A DNA stretch of 64,000 nucleotides, from contig JAHEYN010000002.1 in NCBI GenBank assembly GCA_023251555.1, forward strand, positions 19,783-83,782, in the 5' to 3' direction. Origin of the DNA: Bacteroidota bacterium. Its GTDB lineage: Bacteria > Bacteroidota > Bacteroidia > AKYH767-A > JAHEYN01. The notes beneath the pieces are model-generated. The model was not told the DNA's origin. It did not search any database and was given only the letters and a program-made list of their open reading frames with translations. Each line of letters starts with the position of its first letter. Position 1 is the stretch's first letter. Positions 40,068 to 50,382 of the stretch are shown here, piece by piece. Made by a program: the position numbers and the translations under genes.

Positions 40068-41606
40068 TTACTTCCCGGCTTTTTCCCTTACAAGTTCTTC
40101 AAATGGTCTGTTTTGTATTTTGCTGTCCAGCCATGCGATAATATCAAAGTGCTCAAAAGTTCTTTTGCGGTAAAATGCCGGTACAATCTTCTCTACCTGT
40201 CGTCTGAGTGTCCCGAAGGCCTTTACCAGATCACCGCCTGATGGGTTCTCGGACAATGTTTCCCCGAAGAACCGGAGAAGTGTCTTCTCAAAGTGATGTA
40301 CTTTCCCTGCCTTATCCATTGAGCGATATGCTGATTTGATAAGGTACCCCAGAATGTCGGTATGTCCGAGTTCGTAGTGTACCATCAGGTTCAGGATATG
40401 ACTGAGCACCAGAATATCCGTACGCAGGTCAACGGGAGGCATTGTGAGAATTTTATTCAGCCATTCCGAAGATTTATGATATTGTCCCCCTCCAAAGAAC
40501 ATATATGCAATGCGGAAGTAAAAAATAAGCACGTATTCGAGCCCTAGTTTATGCCCGTAGGTGTCAAGCCCATAGCGGATTTGGTCAACCATCCCGATCC
40601 CCTCTTTAAATTTTCCCGTGATGATGTAAAGATTGGATTCCAGTTCAACGCTTCTTGTAAAAACCCGCACATGAAGATCTTCCGAGGGGTCTGAAAAATA
40701 TTTTCCGGGAACGTTGCGGATTTCAGCGATAGTTTTCAGGGAGTCATCATATTGTTTCAGGTTAACCTGTAATACCGAGAGGTTGTTGAGCGTATCAATA
40801 TACTTGTTAGGCTCTGCTATGATCAATGCCGGTTCTTTTTGGAGCAACCTTACTAATTTTGCTGCATAAAAATAGGCTTTACGGTAGTTTCCTTTGGCAT
40901 AATAATAGGTGCTGCAGATGTAGTTAAAATGTCCTTTGGCTTCCATGGACAAAGCCCTTGATTCACTTTTCATGAAAGGCGATTGCAGCAGGCTGTCAAG
41001 TTTTTTCACTTCTCCCGGTGTTTGCACATCAGCTTTTTTGCGCAGCATGATAAGCATGCCAAAAGAAATTTTCCAGTATTCGCTGCTGTTCTTAAGAGCG
41101 TCCAGCACTGATTGTTCCCTCGCGATGAGCTTATCTATGTCGGACGCTGTTAACCCTACAAAGGATTCCGTGGTGATGATTCTCCTTTTCCATGCCATGG
41201 CTTCTGCCAGCAGGGGTAGTCGCTGGTACTTCGCCGCCAGGGCAATGGCTTTATTTACTGTATTGCTGCATTGCCGGTAAAGAGCTTTTGTATAGAGGAC
41301 CCCCGAATCCTGCAGCAGGCACTGAATCCGGGCATCAACACTTTTGCCGGCATAATATCCCCGGAGGCTTTTCAGTATGAGACCATACAGATAATTTTTT
41401 ACCGCATGCAGTCTCTTCGCAAAAGGCTCTTTCCTGTATGTGTGACGGATAAAATGTTCATCGTAAATTTCCATGCCATCCATGACATCGAAAAGCTTCA
41501 GGTATTCCTTCTCTCCTTTCTGTATGGATAAAGAAAGTTTAATGTATCTTTTCTCTGCCTTTCCAAGCGATTTTATAAGATCGAACAGGTCTGAGGATAT
41601 CTTCAT
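40068..41606 (-). CDS. Uncharacterised helical/TPR-like protein, paralog R3
   Basis: LFDLIKSLGKAEKRYIKL...YLKLFD...LILKSLR, VHYELGH, FDIIAWLDSKI.NRPF. Confidence 0.75.
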   Translation of the reverse strand: MKISSDLFDLIKSLGKAEKRYIKLSLSIQKGEKEYLKLFDVMDGMEIYDEHFIRHTYRKEPFAKRLHAVKNYLYGLILKSLRGYYAGKSVDARIQCLLQDSGVLYTKALYRQCSNTVNKAIALAAKYQRLPLLAEAMAWKRRIITTESFVGLTASDIDKLIAREQSVLDALKNSSEYWKISFGMLIMLRKKADVQTPGEVKKLDSLLQSPFMKSESRALSMEAKGHFNYICSTYYYAKGNYRKAYFYAAKLVRLLQKEPALIIAEPNKYIDTLNNLSVLQVNLKQYDDSLKTIAEIRNVPGKYFSDPSEDLHVRVFTRSVELESNLYIITGKFKEGIGMVDQIRYGLDTYGHKLGLEYVLIFYFRIAYMFFGGGQYHKSSEWLNKILTMPPVDLRTDILVLSHILNLMVHYELGHTDILGYLIKSAYRSMDKAGKVHHFEKTLLRFFGETLSENPSGGDLVKAFGTLRRQVEKIVPAFYRKRTFEHFDIIAWLDSKIQNRPFEELVREKAGK

Positions 41607-41797
41607 GGAATTAGTATGAAATACGATAATAAACAGTCAAAAATATAAAAAATATTGATATTCATATTTTTGGGATTAGTATATACTACCCAATTGTGTT
41701 TGTATATAAGCGCTTTTGAAGCATACCTTCGGCATAGAATGTTATTGTGTACAATCATTATAATGTATTACCTGCGTAAAAGAAAATTATAATCAGC

Positions 41798-43888
41798 ATG
41801 TTTATGTCACTTCATCTACTTGATTTTATAAAAGCACGCCACCGTAATTTATTGCTGCCGGTTTTTTTGGTGGCAATGGGAGCTGCCGGAGATATATATG
41901 CCCAGGACACCCGCGTCTGGGGAACATATTACGGGGGGAGTGGAACGGAGACGACATCGGGATATGGAATGCCTGTTGCCGTTGATGCTTCCGGCAATGT
42001 ATTCCTGGCAGGGCAGACGCCCAGTACTTCGGGTATTGCCTCGGCCGGGGCTTTCCAGACTTCTTTCGCCGGATCCGGGAACTGGCTTGACGATGCTTTT
42101 CTTGTGAAGTTCGGGACGGGAGGTGGCCGTGTATGGGCTACTTATTATGGAGGAACAGACGGGGATATGGCAAAAGCCCTTGCCACGGATGCTTCAGGAA
42201 ATGTTTATATGGCAGGAGCGACTGCCAGCACTTCAGGGATTGCCTCCGGCGGTTTTCAGAATACCTTCGGCGGAAATAACCCCCCGTTTGATCTTTATGA
42301 TGCATTTCTTGTAAAGTTTGACTCCGGCGGGAACCGTGTATGGGCAACTTACTACGGGGGTACTGCAAGTGAAACGGCTAATGGTGTTGCCGTTGATGCT
42401 TCCGGAAACATATATCTGGTGGGAACGACCAATTCTACCAGCAATATTGCTACGGCAGGATCCTACCAGACTACTCTTGCAGGCGGCAGCGGTACCGATG
42501 CATTTCTTGTGAAGTTCAATTCTGCCGGTGCCCGGCAGTGGGCTACTTATTATGGGGGCACCCAGAACGGAGATAACGGAAGTGCCGTGGCAGTGGACCC
42601 TGCGGGGAATGTATACATAGTCGGGCAAACCTATAACAGTAATAACATTGCTTCGGGAGGATTTCAGAACACATTCGGGGGAACAGGAGGAGGAGTAAAT
42701 GATGCATTTCTTGTGAAATTCAATTCTGCCGGGACCCGGCAGTGGGCCACTTACTACGGCGGAAGCGGGAATGATGTAGGCTACGGTGTTGTTGCCGATG
42801 CATCGGGGAATATCTATATGTCCGGGCAGACATCAAGTACTGCCGGGATTGCTTCTGCAGGCGCTTTTCAGACAGCATTCGGGGGCGGAGGTGCAGGGGG
42901 CAACGCGGATAATTTTCTTGTAAAATTCGGATCAGCCGGGAACCGTGTATGGGGAACATATTACGGTGGTTCTGACGCCGATGAAGGCGGCAGGGTAGCC
43001 CTGGATGCAACAGGGACTTATATATTTCTTTCCGGTGGTACATACAGCACCAATGCTATTGCTACAAGCAACGGCTTTCACAGCGTACTCGGGGGATCGG
43101 AGGATATTTATGTGGCGAAGTTTGATAATGCCGGGACCCGGATATGCGGTACATATTACGGAGACAACACCACTTCTGACGAAGAAGATGACCATGTGGC
43201 TGTGGATCCTTCCGGGAATGTATACCTATCCGGCGAAACTCCCAACCCTGCCAATATTGCCTCCGGCGGATTCCAGAACTCATACGGCGGCGGTGCGCTT
43301 GACGCATTCCTTGTAAAACTGACCTCCAACTGCGTTGCGTTACCGGTAGAGTTCCTGTCTTTTACCGGGAAAAATAAAGACGGCAAAAACCGGCTTGAAT
43401 GGCGGACAGCCAGCGAAAGAAACAGCGCATATTTCATCCTTGAAAGAAGCTCCGATGGCAGCGAATTTGAATATGTATGGAAGACAAGAGGGGCAGGGAA
43501 TTCCACGCGTTTGAACATTTATTCATTTACCGATGAAGATCCTCTGCCGGGCATAAATTATTACCGCCTGTCAGGCGTTGATTATGAAGGAGCATACACA
43601 TATTCTCAGGTGATTGCTTTTGAAAATTACCGCCCTTTCAGTATTTCAGTATTTCCGGACCCTGCAAAAGACATAATAAACTGCTCCATTACGCTTGTGG
43701 CAAATAGTAACATTGAGATTTCTATAGTTGACATGCTTGGGAATACTGTAATTCAGGAGAGGCCTTTTAAGGCATTAAAAGGAAATAATAAAATCACTCC
43801 TGATATCAGCGGCTTATCCCCGGGAATGTACTTTATCAGCATCAGTGCTGAGGAGAAACAAACACAGCTTAAATTCGTAAAACAATAA
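41798..43888 (+). CDS. T9SS type A cargo with SBBP (beta-propeller) repeats
   Basis: Repeats DAFLVKF...G.R.WATYYGG...D...VA.D.SGN.Y..G.T; LPVEF module; CTD ending KFVKQ. Confidence 0.88.
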   Translation: MFMSLHLLDFIKARHRNLLLPVFLVAMGAAGDIYAQDTRVWGTYYGGSGTETTSGYGMPVAVDASGNVFLAGQTPSTSGIASAGAFQTSFAGSGNWLDDAFLVKFGTGGGRVWATYYGGTDGDMAKALATDASGNVYMAGATASTSGIASGGFQNTFGGNNPPFDLYDAFLVKFDSGGNRVWATYYGGTASETANGVAVDASGNIYLVGTTNSTSNIATAGSYQTTLAGGSGTDAFLVKFNSAGARQWATYYGGTQNGDNGSAVAVDPAGNVYIVGQTYNSNNIASGGFQNTFGGTGGGVNDAFLVKFNSAGTRQWATYYGGSGNDVGYGVVADASGNIYMSGQTSSTAGIASAGAFQTAFGGGGAGGNADNFLVKFGSAGNRVWGTYYGGSDADEGGRVALDATGTYIFLSGGTYSTNAIATSNGFHSVLGGSEDIYVAKFDNAGTRICGTYYGDNTTSDEEDDHVAVDPSGNVYLSGETPNPANIASGGFQNSYGGGALDAFLVKLTSNCVALPVEFLSFTGKNKDGKNRLEWRTASERNSAYFILERSSDGSEFEYVWKTRGAGNSTRLNIYSFTDEDPLPGINYYRLSGVDYEGAYTYSQVIAFENYRPFSISVFPDPAKDIINCSITLVANSNIEISIVDMLGNTVIQERPFKALKGNNKITPDISGLSPGMYFISISAEEKQTQLKFVKQ

Positions 43889-43912
43889 TCCATTATTAAA
43901 ATCACTCCCGTC

Positions 43913-46858
43913 ATGAAAAAAAACTTCCGTAAAACCAAAGTCTTCTTACTGTTGCTTGCCCTGAGTACTGTGGTGTTCGCTTTTCGTAAAGCAGAAAATA
44001 TGCAGGTGGCAGGAGCCGGTAATAAGAAAAACAGTTTGCCGGCTCTTGTGAGCGGGATGCTGAAACATAAAACCCCTGAGGGGGCTTCTGTGCGGAAGCC
44101 TACCCCTGAAGAAAAGAAGCTGATTATTGATCAGCTTGAAAACCTCCCTTTCATGTTCCTCGGAAACCGGGGGCAGTGGGCTGATGCAGTTCTCTACTCC
44201 GGCTATGCACAGGGAATTGCATTCGGTTTCATGAAAGATAAAATCGGATTTTATTCTTCGAGAGAAGTGGAAAATGAGGAAGCGGAACACCACATGCCCG
44301 GGACGCGGGAAAGGTCGGAATACCAAACGCTCATCTGGTTTATGAGTTTTGAAGGAATGCAGAAAGATGCGGAGGTTGTTGCATCAGGGGAACAAGACAG
44401 CAGGACGAATTTTATCATGGGCAACGACGCCTCAAAGTATGCAATAAATGTTCCCGAATATGCAATGCTTGAATACCGTGGTGTATATAATAAAACCGAC
44501 TTCCGCTTTCACGGGTTTGATAAGCAGGCGAGCCGCCTGAAATACGACGTTGTACTGTACCCCGGGGCCAATGTTAGTGATATCCGTATGAAGTATGCAG
44601 GTATCGAAGGGCTGAACATAAATGCCGCCGGAGAACTCGAAATAAAAAATCAATGGGGTTCCATCAGGGATGCAAAACCATACAGTTACCAGATGCTCAA
44701 CGGGGAGAAGCATGAAGTGGATGTGCGGTATGAACTGAAAGATGACCATACCCTCGGCTATAAGATTTATGGCACTTACGATAAACACAACACCCTTGTT
44801 ATTGATCCCTTTACCAATATATGGGGTACCTACATGAAAGAAACCAGTGCGGGAAATAACTACACTTACGATATGTGTATAGACGCTGCCAGCAATGTGT
44901 ATATAACAGGAAGAGGACAGTCGTTTACCACTACAGCTGGCGCTTTTATGACAAGTCCCGGCGGAGTGGGGGTAGGAAGATGGGATGCCTGGATTACCAA
45001 GCTGAGTGTTGTAGGGACTATAGGAGCAGCAGGCTACACTACCTGGGTTGGGGGCAACGATGATGAACAGGCCTTTGGGATAGCTGCCAACGCCTCGGGG
45101 GAAGCATACATAACAGGTTTTACGAGCTCCACGAATTTCCCTACAAAAGCGGGGGCATATAAAACCACCAATGCAAGCGCCTCACATCTTGCATTTGTCA
45201 CAAAGCTCAATTCCGCAGGGACCGCCCTGGTGTACTCCACCTACCTTGGAGGTGCTGGCAGCGGAACGGATGCGTATGATATTGCGCTGAACAGTGCCGG
45301 GGATGCATACGTGGTTGGAACAACGCTTGAGGCAGGCTTCCCCGCTACTGCAGGATCTTTTCAAACAGCAAGCAAAGGCGGCCAGGAAGGCTTTGCGGCC
45401 AAGATCAGCAATACCGGGGGGTTATCCTATGCTACCTATCTCGGGGGAACCCCTGATATGTTCGCCACTATGGGAGACGATTATTGCTATGGGGTGGCCG
45501 TGAATCAGACTACAGGGGATGTGTACATAGCGGGGAATACCAACTCTACCGACTTTCCCACAACGGCCGGATGCTATCAGCCTGCGATTTATGTGAACGG
45601 CCCCGGGTTCGGATCCCCCAACTATTGTGATGCTTTTGTAACAAAAATAGGCGCCACCCTTGCAGGGCCATTGTCATACTCCACTTACCTCGGCGGCACA
45701 GACCAGGATATACTGGGAGATAACGGCCCGGATATAGGCGGGACTACACTCGCTGTGAACAGCACAACGGGAGAAGCTTATGTTTCGGGGTATACCTCTT
45801 CTGCCAACTTTCCGACGGTGAATGCTTACCAGGGAACCAATGGAGGAGGGAATGTTTTTGTTTCGAGACTAAATGCCACAGGAACTTCCCTCCTGTGGTC
45901 AACATTTTACGGGGGCAACGCAGGGGAATCTAATCAGAGTATTGCTATAAACAGCAAAGGAGAAGTTTACCTGGCCGGCATGACATATTCTAATAACCTG
46001 ACGGGGACTACAGGAAATTACCAGACAGCCCTTGCCGGAAGCGGTGATTATTTTGTCGCGCATTTTAATTCAACAGGCACCACACTGGGCTGCGGTGCAA
46101 GTTATTTCGGAACCGGGGGAGTAAACGGTCTTGAAGAAGTCCGCACTTCCCTTGCATTAATCCAGGGAGGGTCTTTCGATACAATTCTGATTTCAGGTAC
46201 GACCCATGCAACAAACTTCTCTACCGTAACAGCAGGAACTTACCAGGCAACGCAGTCCTGGGCAGGGAATGATCATCCTGTCCTTTGGAAAATGGTTGTC
46301 TGTCCGGTCGTATTGCCTGTAGAAATTTTATCCTTTACAGGACACAATGAAAAGGGACATAACTTTCTCGAATGGCTTACAGCAAGCGAAACGAATAATG
46401 CCTGGTTCGTTATAGAAAAAAGTGATGATGGTGAGAATTTCGAAGAAATCGGTAAGATAAAGGGAGCCGGAAACTCCGTGGACAAGAAATTCTACTCTTA
46501 TACGGATGAAAATCCATTCGCAGGAATCAGCTATTACCGCCTCCGGCAAGTGGATTATGACGGGTATTACACGTACTCGAAAACCATCTCTCTTACAAAC
46601 GCAATAATTTATCCTTTGGCAGTAAGTCCTAACCCTGCCAGGGATATGCTGAACTATGATCTTGATCTTACAACCCAGGCAGACTTGAATATTTGTGTAA
46701 CGGATTTGCCCGGGAAGATTGTGCGGCAGGAGCAGGTAAAGGGTTCTGCGGGAAAAAGCAAATCCGGGTTTGACATCAGCAGCCTGGCACCGGGAATGTA
46801 TTTCTTCTGTATCAGTTCCCCCGCACTGCACAGCCGGGTTAAATTCGTTAAGCAGTAA
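43913..46858 (+). CDS. T9SS type A cargo: N-terminal F..N.GQ/L.IDP domain + SBBP repeats + CTD
   Basis: F..NRGQW...KYD..L.PGA...I...Y.G...LVIDP; YSTYLGG repeats; LPVEI module; KFVKQ. Confidence 0.88.
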   Translation: MKKNFRKTKVFLLLLALSTVVFAFRKAENMQVAGAGNKKNSLPALVSGMLKHKTPEGASVRKPTPEEKKLIIDQLENLPFMFLGNRGQWADAVLYSGYAQGIAFGFMKDKIGFYSSREVENEEAEHHMPGTRERSEYQTLIWFMSFEGMQKDAEVVASGEQDSRTNFIMGNDASKYAINVPEYAMLEYRGVYNKTDFRFHGFDKQASRLKYDVVLYPGANVSDIRMKYAGIEGLNINAAGELEIKNQWGSIRDAKPYSYQMLNGEKHEVDVRYELKDDHTLGYKIYGTYDKHNTLVIDPFTNIWGTYMKETSAGNNYTYDMCIDAASNVYITGRGQSFTTTAGAFMTSPGGVGVGRWDAWITKLSVVGTIGAAGYTTWVGGNDDEQAFGIAANASGEAYITGFTSSTNFPTKAGAYKTTNASASHLAFVTKLNSAGTALVYSTYLGGAGSGTDAYDIALNSAGDAYVVGTTLEAGFPATAGSFQTASKGGQEGFAAKISNTGGLSYATYLGGTPDMFATMGDDYCYGVAVNQTTGDVYIAGNTNSTDFPTTAGCYQPAIYVNGPGFGSPNYCDAFVTKIGATLAGPLSYSTYLGGTDQDILGDNGPDIGGTTLAVNSTTGEAYVSGYTSSANFPTVNAYQGTNGGGNVFVSRLNATGTSLLWSTFYGGNAGESNQSIAINSKGEVYLAGMTYSNNLTGTTGNYQTALAGSGDYFVAHFNSTGTTLGCGASYFGTGGVNGLEEVRTSLALIQGGSFDTILISGTTHATNFSTVTAGTYQATQSWAGNDHPVLWKMVVCPVVLPVEILSFTGHNEKGHNFLEWLTASETNNAWFVIEKSDDGENFEEIGKIKGAGNSVDKKFYSYTDENPFAGISYYRLRQVDYDGYYTYSKTISLTNAIIYPLAVSPNPARDMLNYDLDLTTQADLNICVTDLPGKIVRQEQVKGSAGKSKSGFDISSLAPGMYFFCISSPALHSRVKFVKQ

Positions 46859-46869
46859 AATATCCGAAA

Positions 46870-49671
46870 ATGAAAATTAGAATACCCAATTCAATTTTGC
46901 TTCTTACAGCAAGTATTTTTCTGACAGGCTATGTTGCCAATGCATCCTCCCTGCGCGGCAATGGGATAGAATTTATTCCCAACCGGGGGCAGGTGGTTGA
47001 TGACCGCGGGCAAAAGAGACCCGACATACTTTACGTGGCGGATGAAAGCAATGCGAAGATATTTCTCCGGACAGGGGGAATAAGCTATGTTATGACCGGC
47101 CTGAAAGATGCGGGCCGTCTTGAAGAACTTGAAGAAGACCTGGAAGCTAAGGGTGTAAGCAGGGTTCACATAGCAGAAGCCATGGACAGCCTTCGCAAAC
47201 AATTAATGGCATACTCCCAGCGGGTGGATATGGAGTTTTCAGGAAGCAGCCCCTTTGCACAAACGAGTACCGACAATTATACGGAGGGCTACTATAATTA
47301 TTATTACAAGCAATGTCCACAGGGAATTACAGGAGTGCGGGGCTGTGGCAAAGTCACCTACCATGAAATCTATCCCGGCACGGATGTAAGTTTTTACGGC
47401 GGGAAAGACGGCGGTCTTGAGTATGACTTTATCCTGAAGCCGGGGGCAGAGGTGGATCTTATAAATTTAAAATATACCGGGGCAGAGTCACTTTCTCTGG
47501 AGAGCGATGGAAAATTACAGGTGAAAATGAAAACCGGGGAGACACGGGAGCGAATTCCGGCAGCTTACCAGTTTATCAATGGCAGTAAAAAGTTTATTCC
47601 GGCCGGCTATAAATTAGACGGGCAGTCTGTAAAAATACAGGTTGGGAATTACGACAAAACGCAGCCTCTTGTAATAGACCCGTGGACAACCTGGATTACA
47701 TATTTTGGTGGCAGCAGTGATGAGTACACCGGTGGAGTTGCTGCAGACGCCAGCGGAAATATTTTTGTTTCCGGGTATACCGCATCTGCCAATTTTCCCG
47801 CATCTGCAGGCTACCAGATGACCTGTGCTTCCTGCGGCGGATTTAACTATCCTGATGCGTTTGTTGTGAAGCTGAGCAATGCAGGAGCCCGCATCTGGGC
47901 CACTTATTACGGAGGTTCTGATATTGAAAACAGTTTTGGCATCGCTTCGGATGCCAGCGGTAATGTTTTTATTGACGGATGGACTTACTCCAATGACTTC
48001 CCTGTGTCCGGCGGTTACCAGATGACCTGTGCTTCCTGCGGGAGCGGCAGCATGTTCGGGGGGCAGCCTGATGCATTCCTTGTAAAGCTTAATAGTGCGG
48101 GAGCGCGCCAGTGGGCTACGTTCTATGGGGGTACCAGTACGGAGTATGCTTACGGACTGGCTTCGGATGTCAGCGGGAATGTGTTTTTCACAGGCTCGGC
48201 TTACTCTGCCGATTTCCCTGTGGTCTCCGGCCAGCAGATGACTTGTGCATCATGCGGGGTTGGTTACCTTGATGCCTTTCTCGTAAAGTTTAACGGGGCG
48301 GGTGCACGCCAGTGGGCTACGTTTTACGGAGGTGCCAAGGATGAGGAAGGGATGGGTGTGGGTGCCGATGCGGGGGGAAATGTGTCCTTTACAGGATACA
48401 CTTACTCAAGTGATTTCCCTGTGGCGTCCGGGTACCAGGCGAGCTGCGCTTCCTGTGCTTCCAATAAAAAGGATGCTTTCGTGGTATTGTTTAACGGGGC
48501 GGGAGTCCGGCAATGGGGTACTTTCTACGGTGGCAACCTTGATGAAACCGGTCACTCCCTTGCGACTGACCCGGGAGGAAATGTCTATGTCTCAGGTGAA
48601 ACATATTCTACGAATTTTCCTGTACTCTCCGCCTACCAGGGAACTCTCTCGGGAGGAGGGAACAGCGATGGATTCCTGATGAAATTTAACGGGGGCGGCA
48701 CACGCCAGTGGGCAACCTATTACGGGGGCGGCAACTATGAAGAAAACACAGGCGTTGCCGTAGATCAGACCACCAGCAATGTTTTTGCAACGTATGAAAC
48801 ATACAGCACAAATTTTCCGGTCACCGGCGGAGCATGCCAGTCTGCTTCGGGAGGCGGCTCGGAAGACCACAGCCTTGTTTCCTTCAGTTCTGTCGGCAGC
48901 CGCCTGGGAGCAACCTATGTTGGTGGAAGCGGGCACGAGGAGATGGGAGGCTTTTCTTCTTCGTCAATCGTTTCTGCCGGGTCCTGTGTTTACATTGCCG
49001 GGTACACCCCGGGAAGCTACCCGGTAACGGCAGGAGGCTTCCAGACAAATTACGGCGGTGGAACCTATGACATTGTGGTTGCCCAGTTGCCTAATGACTG
49101 CAGCTGCAACGGCACCTGCACAGTATTGCCTGTGGAACTTCAGTCATTTACAGGACATTGCGAAGGGGATATTAATCTTTTAGAATGGACCACTGCAAGC
49201 GAAACGAGCAATGCATGGTTTATTATTGAAAGAAGCAATGATGGGGAACACTTTGAAGAGATCGGAAAAAAAATGGGCTCGGGAAATTCCGAGCAGAAAG
49301 AATACTATTCTTATACAGACCAAAACCCCTTTCCGGGAACAAATTATTACCGCCTGAAACAAATTGATTTTTCCGGTGACTTCTCTTACTCGAATACAAT
49401 CTCCATCATCCGGTCTCCCGGTCATCAAATCCTCATTTATCCCAACCCTGCAGGTGCTGCTCTGAACTGTGGATTTTACAATACTGCAAATGAGACTGCA
49501 AGTTTCACAGTAACAGATATTATCGGGAATATTCTTAGGGAAGAACGGGTGAAAGTTGTCAGGGGGCAGAATAATTTTACGGTCGGGACAGCTGGCTTAT
49601 CTCCGGGCATGTATATCCTGAATCTTTACCTATCAGGAAGGTCGCTGCAATCCAAGTTTATAAAACAATAA
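46870..49671 (+). CDS. T9SS type A cargo: N-terminal F..N.GQ/L.IDP domain + SBBP repeats with CASC loops + CTD
   Basis: FIPNRGQ...LEYDF...PGA...PLVIDP; WAT(Y/F)YGG repeats; four CASC motifs; KFIKQ. Confidence 0.88.
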   Translation: MKIRIPNSILLLTASIFLTGYVANASSLRGNGIEFIPNRGQVVDDRGQKRPDILYVADESNAKIFLRTGGISYVMTGLKDAGRLEELEEDLEAKGVSRVHIAEAMDSLRKQLMAYSQRVDMEFSGSSPFAQTSTDNYTEGYYNYYYKQCPQGITGVRGCGKVTYHEIYPGTDVSFYGGKDGGLEYDFILKPGAEVDLINLKYTGAESLSLESDGKLQVKMKTGETRERIPAAYQFINGSKKFIPAGYKLDGQSVKIQVGNYDKTQPLVIDPWTTWITYFGGSSDEYTGGVAADASGNIFVSGYTASANFPASAGYQMTCASCGGFNYPDAFVVKLSNAGARIWATYYGGSDIENSFGIASDASGNVFIDGWTYSNDFPVSGGYQMTCASCGSGSMFGGQPDAFLVKLNSAGARQWATFYGGTSTEYAYGLASDVSGNVFFTGSAYSADFPVVSGQQMTCASCGVGYLDAFLVKFNGAGARQWATFYGGAKDEEGMGVGADAGGNVSFTGYTYSSDFPVASGYQASCASCASNKKDAFVVLFNGAGVRQWGTFYGGNLDETGHSLATDPGGNVYVSGETYSTNFPVLSAYQGTLSGGGNSDGFLMKFNGGGTRQWATYYGGGNYEENTGVAVDQTTSNVFATYETYSTNFPVTGGACQSASGGGSEDHSLVSFSSVGSRLGATYVGGSGHEEMGGFSSSSIVSAGSCVYIAGYTPGSYPVTAGGFQTNYGGGTYDIVVAQLPNDCSCNGTCTVLPVELQSFTGHCEGDINLLEWTTASETSNAWFIIERSNDGEHFEEIGKKMGSGNSEQKEYYSYTDQNPFPGTNYYRLKQIDFSGDFSYSNTISIIRSPGHQILIYPNPAGAALNCGFYNTANETASFTVTDIIGNILREERVKVVRGQNNFTVGTAGLSPGMYILNLYLSGRSLQSKFIKQ

Positions 49672-49738
49672 ATAAAATTCCACTATTTTCTTTTTGCACT
49701 GACGCCCCCTGACCGCAAAGGTGTTCGTTGTTTTCTGA

Positions 49739-50176
49739 TTATATTTTTCCGTTATATTTTGGATCAAAATCCACCATCCATTCAATACCGAATTTGTCTC
49801 TAAACATTCCAAAATATGAACCCCATGGACTGTCGCCAATAGGCGCTTCAATATTTCCGCCTGCTGAAAGTCCGCTAAATAACCTGTCGGCTTCTTCACG
49901 ACTTTCTGCGCTAATGGATATTTTAGACCTGTTTTCATTTTCATTTACCTGACCCATACTTTCCGGAACGTCGTTGGCCATTAAAATGTTTTTGCCAACA
50001 GGCAAAGCAATGTGCATTATTTTATTTGCTTCATTTTCTGCAACTGGAAATTCAGGGCTTGATATGTCTCTGAAACGCATAATCTTTGCGAACTCTCCGC
50101 CAAATACTGATTTGTAAAAATTGAATGCTTCTTCAGCATTTCCGTTAAAGTTAATGTGTGGATTGATTAGCGCCAT
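49739..50176 (-). CDS. VOC family (PhnB-like) protein
   Basis: NP.INFNGNAEEAFNFYKSVFGG, IMH..L, WGSYFGM..DKFG.EWMV. Confidence 0.9.
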   Translation of the reverse strand: MALINPHINFNGNAEEAFNFYKSVFGGEFAKIMRFRDISSPEFPVAENEANKIMHIALPVGKNILMANDVPESMGQVNENENRSKISISAESREEADRLFSGLSAGGNIEAPIGDSPWGSYFGMFRDKFGIEWMVDFDPKYNGKI

Positions 50177-50382
50177 AATTTTAAATTGTTTTTAAAATTT
50201 ATTCGAGGGGCAGTACAATCTTATAAACGGTAGATAAGTGCCGGTTTGGTTATATAGCTCAAAGCTACATCAATATTCAGACGAAGGCACAGCCTTCGCC
50301 TAACTCCTGAGATAAAATGCGCTGAACAGGAGCGCACAGTTCGGAGCTTTGCACCTGTGCATTTGAGCCTTCCTGCTCACGT

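Noticed and set aside
41900-49100. Periodic DNA repeats (GATGCATTTCTTGT.AA.TT, TGGGC.AC.TA.TA.GG) as a CRISPR array or DGR
   Set aside because: They are in-frame SBBP blade repeats with synonymous variation; no cas or reverse transcriptase gene in the window.
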